A stretch of DNA of 63,877 bases, filler included, from Sphacelaria rigidula (taxonomy: Eukaryota): assembly GCA_964200075.2 (NCBI GenBank). It is 7 parts of 7 records of this genome, joined end to end, with 100 filler letters (N's around TTAATTAATTAA, not from the genome) between each part and the next. Parts side by side here need not be neighbours in the genome. Positions count along the whole stretch, not along the records: positions 1 to 9,042 come from CAXNAA020009449.1; positions 9,143 to 18,184 come from CAXNAA020009450.1; 5 more parts are not named here. One strand, 5' to 3'. The position numbers and the translations under genes were made by a program. The number at the start of each line of letters is the position of its first letter. Position 1 is the stretch's first letter. Of this stretch, positions 1 to 10,598 are shown piece by piece. The notes under the pieces are model-generated. The model was given only the letters and a program-made list of their open reading frames with translations, was not told the DNA's origin and did not search any database.

Positions 1-721
1 TTTGCACCAATGTGCGAGGTAAGCGTTTTGTCCATTAATGATGCAGACACTCCCCGCCGCTGATAGCCATCAAAAGCGTACTCTCAATCGTATCATCTAC
101 TCTCCATCTCACGAAAACATTGTTTATTTTGTATCAAACGCAAACCCTTCCTTCCCCCCAATCCTCTGTTTCCATATGGCTTGGTCCCACATGTGAGCAT
201 ACCCTCGTATGCGCAATTCTCTTTTCACCAGGTGCGGCATCACACGCACATCTACAAGATTCACACTCTATGGTTCAGAGCTATGACACTCTGTCTGTAG
301 ACACTTGCGCCACGTCTGCACCCGCACGAGATAAGCCTCCGACGGGTTCTCGCAGTTACCCAGTAGACCCAAACACTCTGTATCATGAGAGTATGATACC
401 CAATCTGTACTCCATAAATCAGCTGTGCCGCGACTTCCTAGTCCTACAGTAATTATATAGTCTGTGTGGTGCACGCCAGTATGAACAACAAGGCCACAAG
501 ATTCACCCCAGCTTGTAGTGGTGGTCGACCAGTCAGCGGTACCCTTTCGTGGCTACTTGTCACCCCAGCCTATCCCCTCGGATTCCGGTAGTCACACTCC
601 CGTCAATGTTTCACAACACGATATCTCGATTACCAATCAACCTTTGATTTCCACAATGCCTGTACCGCGCACCTGCAGGAAAGAAAGCAATCTCTGACGT
701 CAATATTTTTTATTTACTTTC

Positions 722-1012
722 TTTATTTGTCGCACTTTGAACCTCTCCCCTTCCTCGGGACGAGTCCGTGGTCCAAAGGGATCAACCCATCTCTCCTCGG
801 TACACGTCTTGTATTTTGGTCTCGTGGATTGGATCACCACTCCCGCACCGCGTCAACCCACGTCGAACGAATTCCGTCGACTAATTTGTTTACTCACGTC
901 CCCACACTTTTCACGGTCACGTACTACGAAGAAAACCCCCAACACATCGGGAATCGAACCCTCGTTCTCTCCATCCTGAGGGTGACGATCGGACCATTAC
1001 ACCACCGGGGGC
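722..1012 (-). mobile_element. tRNA-derived SINE, family B
   Basis: Minus-strand head CCCCCGGTGGTGTAATGGT (A box) ... GGTTCGATTCCC (B box). The 3' tail (GACTCGTCCCGAGGAAGGGGAGAGGTT..AGTGCGACAA) is shared with copies at 36805-37052 and 39685-39878. Confidence 0.65.
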
Positions 1013-2161
1013 GCGGCAGTACGCCAGTTTCTCCTGATCACGGTGCCATCGAAGACGGTACGCACTTTCCAGGAAGCGGTGAGTCAGTCGAAGAGCCGGC
1101 CATTGACGCTCGTGATGCGTTTGTTGATACCAGTGGGGAGGACGTTGATGTTGACATACCTGCTCCAGGTACCGCTACCAAAGAAGCGGTGATCGACATA
1201 CATCAGGGAATTGCATGCTGCCACCACTGCTGCCAACGACAGCGATGCGATGTTCACGGAAACTATCAGCAGTGGTGGCCATGTATTTCTTCATTGTTCC
1301 CACTCAGCAACCCCCTATGAGGGCCTCGCTGTTGTAGGAACCCCACCCCCTCCGGAGCCTTCAGTATTCATTCCAGTACTCAACCCTATGCCCCTACCTC
1401 CGTAAAACTGGACAGTGGCCGCAAAACGGGAAATTCTCCATCCACGCGCCCTCCCAAGAAAGTAAGAGACAAAGCCAAACTCAATTTCAACACGGCCGCC
1501 CGAATGCTATCCCAGCTCACGTGTGGGATAAATCCATCCACGCTGAGAAGGCCACGTACTGGGACGACATATTCACCCGAACCAATTAAGCTCAGACAAA
1601 ACGTAAGAGTCGTGAAGACTTTGAACGCGCACGAAAGCTTGCGCACGTTTGTCGTGAAGTCGACATTAAACGTGAAGCTTCTGTGGAAGACCATAAGAAG
1701 GAGGTTCGCCTCTTTCGTCGTTCCGCCAAAACCGTACGTGCGGCGGAACTGCAATATCGACAGCCACTGCAACAACACAACTCAACCGCAGAACAGTTCA
1801 CAGTAAGCCTCTCGGCAACGCAATTCACTCTCGATGAACTGTTACACCGTCTGCACATGCCAACTCACGATTCATTGGAGACCAGTGATAAACTTGACAC
1901 TTCATCAACTAAGTCCAACCAGTCTTGCCACGTACGCAAAACGGATAGCGTGCGTTTCGGTGGTTCAACTATTTCCCATACTCTGGCCACGGTGCTTCCC
2001 CCGCTTCCGTTGCAGACTTCAACAGCAAAAGGATATGGTTTTTATCCGGGGTCCAGATCAAGGGCCACCGCGGCCACCAGCCCCTCTCACAACACCCCCG
2101 CCCCACCTTAGACATTCACCTCGCCAGGGCTTGGGCCCCTCGGCTACCCCAACATACGCCC

Positions 2162-2406
2162 GACACTTTCTACGATAGCCCCCCCGCCAAAACCCCAAAC
2201 TGTCACGAAGAAAATGGGCATACAGCGCCTGATCTTTGATTTCACTCTGTATGAAGCGTCTCATATGGGCGACATTGGCGAAAACGAACCGGGGCGTGGG
2301 GATTCCCAGCTGCTCGTTGTTCTCGGCTTTTTTCATCTCGATGTACGAGTAGGTTTTGTATCCCCAAACCAGCCACGTTTGGGGGGGGGCTACCGTAGAA
2401 AGTGTC
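2162..2406. mobile_element. MITE with GACACTTTCTACGATAGCCCC terminal inverted repeats
   Basis: TIR pair at about 2162-2190 and 2378-2406. A homologous copy in the opposite orientation lies at 10019-10280. Confidence 0.75.
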
Positions 2407-2564
2407 GGCATGGCGGCAAAACAGACGACCCCTGTAGAACCCACCGCCCCCCAGGTAGTGGATAAGGATCCTCGTTTCGACACCCTGGAACTCTCCGGTG
2501 GAAACCTTCACGGGTGTCCCCTTGTATGACTTTGTTAACGACCCCCCAACCTCCTCATGTATGC

Positions 2565-2786
2565 GTGCCAGGTATAATGCGTGAGAGGACCGCGTGCTTA
2601 GAGGACCGCGCCGTAGTGTAAAACACCGCAGGATCGACGTTTTTCAAAACCAATCGGGTCAGTCCCTGGAGGTACCATGCCCCTGACCATAACCCCAACC
2701 CTAATCCTAACCCTAATCATAGGGATATTCAAGTTCCAGTGCGGTCCTCTAAGCACGCGGTCCTCTCACGCACTACACCAGGCACG
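2565..2786. mobile_element. Foldback element with internal telomere-like (CCCTAA) repeats, copy 1
   Basis: Inverted arms TAATGCGTGAGAGGACCGCGTGCTTAGAGGACCGC / GCGGTCCTCTAAGCACGCGGTCCTCTCACGCACTA, with internal CCCCAACCCTAATCCTAACCCTAA. A closely similar copy lies at 5472-5690. Confidence 0.8.
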
Positions 2787-4886
2787 ACGACTCACTGTCC
2801 CCCTCACAGAGAAGGCCAGAGGCCTACTGACCTGGTTCCCTAACCACGACAAAACAGTAACGTTAGCGGGTGTTGTGTAATGCGTTCAACTCTAGTCCCT
2901 TTCCGAGACTAGCCAAGATACACAAAACTGATATATATAGCCCCTTATTGGCCTGTTCCGCGAGATTGAACATCTTCACACGGCAATCTCTGAACATTCC
3001 CAATTTATGAAGGCACAACGTGCACACATTACTATTAGTGGCAAGGAACCTCTTTACGACGGTGGAGGCCTGTCCCGAGGACCTGGACTCAGTGAGTCTC
3101 AGACAGACGGCACTGGGAGAAACTCGATGTATGGTGTGGATGGATGGCAAAATTTTATGGGCTGCCAACAAACGGAACCCCGGCAATAGACGCGACTGAT
3201 GCAAGACGGGATGGCCCTTCTGCAAAAAGCGGCCAAGCCAGTGCTTCCGTCATTCTTCCTCTCTTTTCGATTGCGTCACCTGCTGCGCCACGAGCGCAGC
3301 CGACTCATCCCAAATCGAGTCAAACCCGTGGATCCCCGAGTTCATGACCGCAGCTGGTGAGATCATGTTGATAGCTCCAGGAATGATGCTACGGTAGGGG
3401 TGCGCGTTTTGAGCGAAAAGGGTGCTCGGGGCTGCTCGGGGCGTTGTAGGGGCCATTTTATGAATCGGCATCATTTGTACTTGAAAAAGACTGAAAACAA
3501 ATGAGCCGATTCACGACAAGGCCCTGCGTGCAAACACGATATTTCTGGGAATCCGGTCCCCAAAGGGCTACGACTGCACAGTAAGTCCCATAAATTTTTA
3601 CTTCTACAAGAAAGAGGCCCAAGAACCGGGACGAACTCCGTCACTCCACTGATGCTAAACGTACGTGTTGACGGTGTTCTGGATCGTTCAAACCCCGCGT
3701 TTTCAAATAGCACACCGTGAGGTGACCCCGAGTGTGCGACTGCTCCTGAAATCAAGCCGTCGCCTTCCAACCGTTTTGCTCCCACTTCTCGTCCGTTCTG
3801 TATTTTCTGCGACGGGTTTACTATCGGGAACCAACGGTCACCAGTAAGACAGCGCAGAAGTGCCTTACCCTTTTCTTTTGCTCGGTCAGTCTACACACAT
3901 CACAGACCTGGATCGGTGTCGGCCCGCGCGGGTTCAGGTTTGTGGTGCGGATATACTGGGTGTGATCAGACTGTCATGATGAGTTCCATGTCATCAAAAT
4001 CCCGTGAACCATTGCATGACCCCCGATTGAGTCGTGACCAACCCCAGTGTTTTTACTCTGGAGCTGTACACCCAGTTCATCCCCAGGTGGTAGTGATCGT
4101 AGCCAGTCGGACTCTTTCTCCTCGCGGGATCGGCAGTCATATACCGTAACTCGTACCGCATCTGAAGCAGGACCATCTTTTGGTGTGTCAAATGTTTGCC
4201 CCTGTGACTGATCATCGTAGGAAAGCAAACTTAAGACCACACGCCTGCCCCCAAAAATGCTTAGGTACCAGGTCGATTCCCGTTACACCCACTACTGAAA
4301 TGCCATCCGTGCCCGGTCTCCTTTTATTCGGTGGACGTAACTTTTCGAGAGACGGACCGCAACCGTAACAAACCCTGACTTGCCGTTGCTCAGTGGGTTG
4401 GGGAGGGATCCCAAGTAACAGCGCCGGTCGTGCGCCTCGAGCGTGACCGAGGGCGCACTGCCCTTGATCACTTCACCATAGCCCCCGGAGCAGCCGAACC
4501 TTTGGTGCGCAATAGGCGTGACCATCAGCGAGCTCCTGCAGATGACCCTGTAGATATCCATGATGTCGCATGCACACCCGTCCACCATGATTGTGCACGG
4601 GTGTGGGCCTCATTCAATAAAGGCCTTCAGTCGAACACGCCGGTGCTTCCCAGGTTTCGAACAGATCAATACCTCCCTGCCGACCTCTCGAGCAGTATCT
4701 TAGGACTCACCATCGAAAAAGCGAAGTCATCCCTTGGGACAGAAATCTTGCTAAAAATTGGGCGTTCGTTTCCTTGTCATGAACATCTTCCGTCCGTGTC
4801 TCCATCACAAGGAAAACATAGTGTTGCGACCGACGAGCCGTCTACGTCTCATCACTCGTATCCTACCAATGTTGACCCCAACTAAT

Positions 4887-5301
4887 AACACTGGATTTTA
4901 CGAATTGGGGATGGATAATTTATTGGGGATGAAAAATCGGATAAAAATCTTCGTACCCACGCCAAATCTTCGAAACATGGTTCCATTTCTTCACTTGCTG
5001 GTCGCTACTGACAACTACTACACGACATGCAAATTCGGATTTCGATAACCGAAATGTCAGGGTTCCAATTTTGAGGATTTAGGTGATCCGATCGGACCCC
5101 AAGACTGGTTTTTCACCAAGGACCCCGACATTTCGGTTATCGACATCCAAGCTTGTATGGCGTGTAGTAATTGTCAACAGCTACCAGCAAGTGCAGAAAT
5201 GGAAGCATACTTCGAAAATTTGGTGTGGATACGAAGATTTCAATTCTCCGGGTTTTCATCCTCAATAAAAAATCCATCCCCAATTCGTACAATCCCGTGT
5301 T
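4887..5301. mobile_element. Long-TIR foldback element (~180-bp arms) with AACA...TGTT ends and a 4-bp TAAT target-site duplication
   Basis: Arms 4887-5065 and 5121-5301 are imperfect reverse complements. TAAT occurs at 4883-4886 and 5302-5305. Confidence 0.75.
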
Positions 5302-5471
5302 TAATGAGAGTAGTTTGCTGAAGGGTATTGCAAAATCAACTCTGCCCCCTGCTGAACTGTTCCCCCTTCTGCCCAGGCTGGATACTGTAACCAATCCAGC
5401 TTCGCAAAATTACGCTTCTTCGCCTCTTTCGGCCGACAAGAGTATGTCAATCAGAGCAAACCAGTTGTCGG

Positions 5472-5690
5472 GCCTGCAATGCGTGAGAGGACCGCGTGCT
5501 TAGAGGACCGCGCCGTAGTGTAAAACACCGCAGAATCGATGTTTTTCAAAACCAATCGGGCCAGTCCCTGCAGGTACCAAGCCCCTGACCATAACCCCAA
5601 CCCTGACCCTAACCCTAAACCTAACCATGGGGATACTCAAATTCCGATGCGGTCTTCTAAGCACGCGGTCCTCTCACGCATTACAGGGTC
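5472..5690. mobile_element. Foldback element with internal telomere-like repeats, copy 2
   Basis: Direct copy of 2565-2786 with the same inverted arms and CCCTGACCCTAACCCTAAACCTAACC. Confidence 0.8.
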
Positions 5691-6080
5691 CATCCACTTT
5701 AACTGCTTTTCCTCGGCATCGCCTATCCCTTACAGTACACGAAGTTCAACACTCGACAGATCAACTTCGAAAGACATCTTGTCCCGAAGGATCACCAGCA
5801 TATGTATTTTTGTACCGCCACTCACAACCACAAACGCAATATACATTGTCTACAACCATGTTGTGATATCGCGCCGCGTATTTCCCTGCTGTGTCTACTG
5901 TCTCTCACAGCATTCCGCGAGTCGTCGCTGACCAACCTCCACATCTACGTCTTCCTCTTCAATCCCGAAACCCATACTTTGCGCGATACCCACCTGCATT
6001 CTTTCGTCATCAACCACAGCGTAAGTGAACCGGTGATCCCCTGAAGTCCGAATTTAAAGGTATTTCATCTTATTCATGCT

Positions 6081-6680
6081 GTGGCGCCCACGTCCTGGGA
6101 GGGGATGCACAGTCGCGCAGAACATTCGGTCGGCCTTTCAAAAGTCGACGAGCAACTGCAGTGGGACTTGTTAAGAGCAAAGTTCTGCGCATCCTCTGCT
6201 ATATCGCCACCACATGCTCAGGGCGGCGACGAGGAAGTCTGCACCGCGAATGACGTGCAAGTCGTCGTGACAGAATGGCGGCGATGTCAGTTGGCGTTCA
6301 CGCCGGCAGCCGTGCAGTAGATTTCGTCGCTCGGCACCCGAAACGAAAGTCGGTCGTGCACATACACGGCGATCGATCACCGTATTTCCGGAGGAAAATA
6401 TGATGAAGGTGAGGACGTCTCCGATTGGAAGAACATAGCATTCCGCACGGTCTTCAAGTATATCCCGGAGGGGGTATATCGTGTATTGCCGGCCAAGACG
6501 AATCCTCGCAACTGCGACAAATCTTGCTTCGCGATGGGGCCGCGGGAGGTGCCCCATGTGTCGGTGTGGGCGCACCCATACTCTTTCGACGCCACCGCCA
6601 CCACCACCACCACCACCACCATCCTAGCCCTCGTGAGTATTTTTAGGTTCGAAAGCATCGTGCAAGATTCATCTCAGTAG
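6081..6680 (+). pseudogene. Degenerate ~200-codon reading frame of unknown origin, with one internal TAG
   Basis: ORFs 6081-6320 and 6486-6680 are in one frame, open except for TAG at 6318-6320 (…DHRISGGKYDEGEDVSDWKNIAFRTVFKYIPEGVYRVLP…). No family recognised. Confidence 0.25.
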
Positions 6681-6840
6681 TGTTGGCCGTTACAGCGATC
6701 GGATATATGGCAAGAGTCGTCTACCGCGATCAGAGTGATGAAATGTGGTGTGGACCATGGACAGAACGGCACTGTCCATAAGATACATGCCCCAAATATC
6801 CGATGGTCGTTCGCCTGCGTAGCCTCACAAACGGTGAGCA

Positions 6841-8035
6841 TATTGAGAGTGTAAAGCGTCCTGCAGCTGCAGCGGTGCTGTGCTGCGTGTGCTTTGTAGA
6901 CTGAGTAGCCTACCGTGGAGGATTACACTCGGGCCACGGTTTGATCCATCAGAGAATTTGACTGAAGAAATAAACATGTTTATTATTGACTGACTCCCGA
7001 AGTCAAGTTTTCGCTCATGGTGATGAAGAAGAGAAGTAGTAGAGGAGTGATCAGGTGGGCGAGCACCAAGTGTGCGAGCCTACCGATCAGCTAATGAACT
7101 TCCAGAACTTCCACACGTCTAGAACACTCGCGGGATATTACAACCGATAACTCCCGATTAATCCCCCGACAACTTGTTCTGGAAACACAATGTACCGCAG
7201 AATATACCGCAGACTATTTCTGGAACACTCAAATGATTTCTTATTTGTTTACGATAACCTACGATAGATAGTAGTCGTTACCAATGACTGACATGGAATA
7301 TCCCAACACTCCCCCACATACACAGAATCCAGAATCATCTAGATCTACGAAGAACGTTCTGGAAGTGTTTCCAGAAGAATTCAGCATACTTACAGCAAGT
7401 TCTACGGAGACACAACAACCCGTGTAGTAGTCAGATCCTTCTCTTGGTTGCACCTGTACTGCTACTGCTGTTACTGCCCAGACTGAGACTACTTGCTGCA
7501 ATCGTCATTAAAGGTAAATCTGTGTCTGATTGCTTGCATTCATAAATACCATTTCCCTGACACGACCCCTCGATCAGGCAACTAGTTCAAGATAATAGAG
7601 GGAGCATTGCAAAGCTTGCCAACTGCCTCCACCCCTTGGCTAGTATCGTATCAAAAGTATTCTACCACACACGACCGATTCCTGATCATGGAAAAAATAC
7701 ACCAGGTATAACGACTCGTCCAGTCATCATCCTCCTCGACCCCTTAGTTGGCTACGTATCAAGACCCAAGAGACAAAAAACACTTATCCGGTGCAGACCT
7801 TTGCGCCTATCCAAGCCTACATGACTGTTTCACGTCCTTTATTCAACAACAACTGAAGTTCTTGATCTGTTTCACAATTGAGGCGAAACGGTGCTTCGGT
7901 AGATGCTTTGTTGCCGAGTCAGCGAGCTGTTTCTCGCTGGGCTGGTGATGGAGCCTGATCTGGTTCCGCTTGATGAGCTCCCTCACGAAGTAGTAGCGGA
8001 GTGCTATGTGCTTGGTACGAGAGCTGAACATAGCA
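6841..8035 (-). mobile_element. 3' remnant of a Ty1/Copia LTR retrotransposon: RNase H C-terminus, 3' region, PPT and 3' LTR
   Basis: ORF 7843-8031 SSRTKHIALRYYFVRE...QLADSATKHL matches the Copia RNase H motifs RTKHIDxRYHFxRE / QxADxxTK. Polypurine tract GTGGGGGAG is followed by TGTTGGG starting at 7308. The LTR end is either 6841 (CAATA) or 6681 (CCAACA). Confidence 0.85.
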
Positions 8036-8373
8036 TCATGTAGCTTTGCTAATCCATAACACTCCCCTCAGTGGAAATTTCGTGATACTACTCCAACAAT
8101 AAATACTTCACATTCATCCAAAGACATGCATACGTTGTATCGATGTACCAAACACCGAAGTATATAATCTAACGCAAAATTATTGCTGAAACTACGTAGT
8201 AGCGAATACTGGACAATTGATGACTATTAGTCCCTAATCGCGAAGTCGAAACGGGGCGATCCCTGAATTTTGTAGGTTCAACAATCTAGCAATCATCATT
8301 TTCAAGAACCCTTGTAGCATACGTCATACGATCTCAACAAGCTGTATATAGATCAGCAGAACCTGCATATCAG

Positions 8374-8483
8374 CACGGGTGGCCACTGGGGTGCCTGCAA
8401 CCTCAAATTTGGACGTTACAGACCTTGTGCAACGTCTGTAACGTCCAAATTTGAGGTTGCAGGCACCCCAGTGGCCACCCGTG
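8374..8483. repeat. Perfect 50-bp inverted repeat with a 10-nt loop; CAC...GTG ends with an AG direct flank
   Basis: 8374-8423 is the exact reverse complement of 8434-8483. Confidence 0.9.
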
Positions 8484-8970
8484 AGTCTACCGCCAATGCC
8501 ACGATCAAACACGAAAATACCCCGTCGCTTTAACAATGACATCGGAAAATCGATCATCCTAGTTTGCTGCCTAAACTGCAGCTAACTGGTCTGTTACTAC
8601 AGAATATGAAGCGAAATATAGCTTTTGATCCAGGGAATGATTTTTTCTACCGGGGAAACAAAATCCTGCAAACAATAACAATACTGCCTCTGGAATACTG
8701 CAGCTTCGCTTGGAGTACCCAACGTCACCAATTTCGCGGTTGTGGTTGTCCCCAGGAACGTTTTCTCCCCAATCCGGCATTAAGCAGGACCAAGAAGAGA
8801 AAATCACGATGCCCTACCGTACTGTTGCCAACATCCCGAGTTTGAAAGCCACGGTCCCTACGCACTCGTGCTCTCAGCATCTAGCCGTGGAAAAATGCAT
8901 CCCAGCGCTCATCCCTCCTCGTTTTATCACGGATATAGAGGACGCACAGTAAGCAAAGTCACCACAAAAC

Positions 8971-9042
8971 GACAAATTGTGCGAATTGAGGTTTAAATCA
9001 GAGATGAGGTTCAAGCCTAAAACAGTGCTTTCCCCATACTTT
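8971..9042 (+). repeat. Start of a long-TIR repeat at which the contig breaks; same sequence at 54678-54740 and 63814-63877
   Basis: ACAAATTGTGCGAA(T/A)TGAGGTTTAA...GAGATG(A/G)GG(T/C)TCAAGCCTAAAACAGTGCTTTCC ends three different contigs and resembles the TIR of 62788-63211. Confidence 0.85.
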
Positions 9043-9142
9043 NNNNNNNNNNNNNNNNNNNNNNNNNNNNNNNNNNNNNNNNNNNNTTAATTAATTAANN
9101 NNNNNNNNNNNNNNNNNNNNNNNNNNNNNNNNNNNNNNNNNN
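9043..9142. other. Artificial contig-joining spacer N44-TTAATTAATTAA-N44; identical spacers at 18185-18284, 27326-27425, 36465-36564, 45604-45703 and 54741-54840
   Basis: Six identical 100-bp blocks with a six-frame-stop linker. The intervening segments decrease monotonically from 9042 to 9037 bp. Confidence 0.98.
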
Positions 9143-10018
9143 CTCGAGATTGGGAGCACACCAAGCAGAGCGCATCTCTCTGCTTGGTGCGCTCCCAATC
9201 TCGAGGCAAGGGGACGGCGCCGGCGGCAACAACCTCCGGCTACGAGCAAGCGTGCGGCTCGCATCGCTTCCCCTTTATTTCTTGATTACCCGGTCGCCTC
9301 AAGACTGAGGATATTTTGGTTGAAGTACAAGGAAGGGCGGCAAGCCTCAGGGGGGGGAGGTCACGAGGAATGGCCGTCACGGGGTGGTGTTAAGGGTGCG
9401 TGGCGATGTGGAGTGACAACAGCAGCAAAAGATTCCAACGGATTGCCATGTGCAAGGGAGGAGAACTGTACTCCAAGATCCAGAAGAGTAGAACCAGGTA
9501 TGTATTTCGGATTCACGTAGGTGCTGCTGCATTGCATCTCGGGCGGATGCGTGTCGGAAGCTACAGAGTACTCCTCGTCTCAGGACGGGAAAGCTGTCCT
9601 CTCCACGCGTGCTACGAAACATTGAGCGCACTCCGTGTCTCGATCGCAATATGTAGGGCGGTCATATCAACCACGATCCGCGCCACATTATTCGGGGGGG
9701 GGGGCGGCAATTTTTCAAAATCCGAGGAAGAGCTAGCTAGCTACGCAACAGCAACAATCCTTCGTAAATACTCCTGCCAAGTGGCTATCCTTTTTCTCAA
9801 CGGTTTTCCTCATATTACCTTTCAAAGTGTCTTGAGGCCGAATAGAGATACGTACGCTGACCAAACATTGAACATTTGGCATAGGATGACACATCAGCAA
9901 AAGTTCGTGGCAGGCTCCATCTTTTTGAATTCGATAAGCTGATGGTTGCACGTTCACTGATCCGTTGCAACTGCAGCTGTGGTCACAAGATATATACACG
10001 TACTTAAGGTCAAAAGAA

Positions 10019-10280
10019 GACACTGTTTACGATAGCCCGCTCCGTAAAAAGTGCCTGGTTACGGGAGGCGAAATGTTCACGTGAATCGAAATGGAAAACA
10101 CCGAGCACAACGAGCAGCTGGTAATTCCCACGCTTGGGTTCGTTCTCGCCAATGCTGCCCATGTGAGGCGCTTCATGCAGCCTGAACCCAAACATCAGGC
10201 ACTGTGTAGCCATTTTTTTCGTGACACTTTTGGGCTGTTTTTTTTTTTTTGGGGGGGGGGGGGCTATCGTGGAAAGTGTC
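10019..10280. mobile_element. MITE of the same family as 2162-2406, inverted orientation
   Basis: GACACTGTTTACGATAGCCC / GGGCTATCGTGGAAAGTGTC TIRs. The interior aligns with the reverse complement of 2190-2380. Confidence 0.7.
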
Positions 10281-10598
10281 AGACGGGAAAACTCGCTGAA
10301 GGAAACTCGAGAGGAAGGAAAGCGGGAAGATAAAAAAGAAAGAAGAAAGGAAGCAAAGATCAAGCGTTCCAATTCTCTAGTAAACGAGATAAAAAGAGGG
10401 AAAAAACAAACAAAAAGCTCCAGGTAAGAGATCGTATCACTAAAGACAAACTGCAGACAAGCATAATTCTTTGGGCAAATGCACACACAGGCACCACAAC
10501 AACGCGAATTCGATAACATCTTCATCCCCCTACAGATGATATGATTCAAGGCGTGGCATACAGCTTCTCGTGCGCTTTTGTTCACCGCGGGTACTGAC

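Noticed and set aside
9087..9098. TTAATTAATTAA recurring about every 9.1 kb
   Set aside because: Assembly linker inside N runs, not a biological repeat.
9511..9531. Plus-strand peptide IHVGAAA, identical to a PIMT C-terminal motif
   Set aside because: It is on the wrong strand for the PIMT gene, has no acceptor, and the flanks lack GDG…APFDA upstream and P..L..QL downstream. Treated as coincidence.
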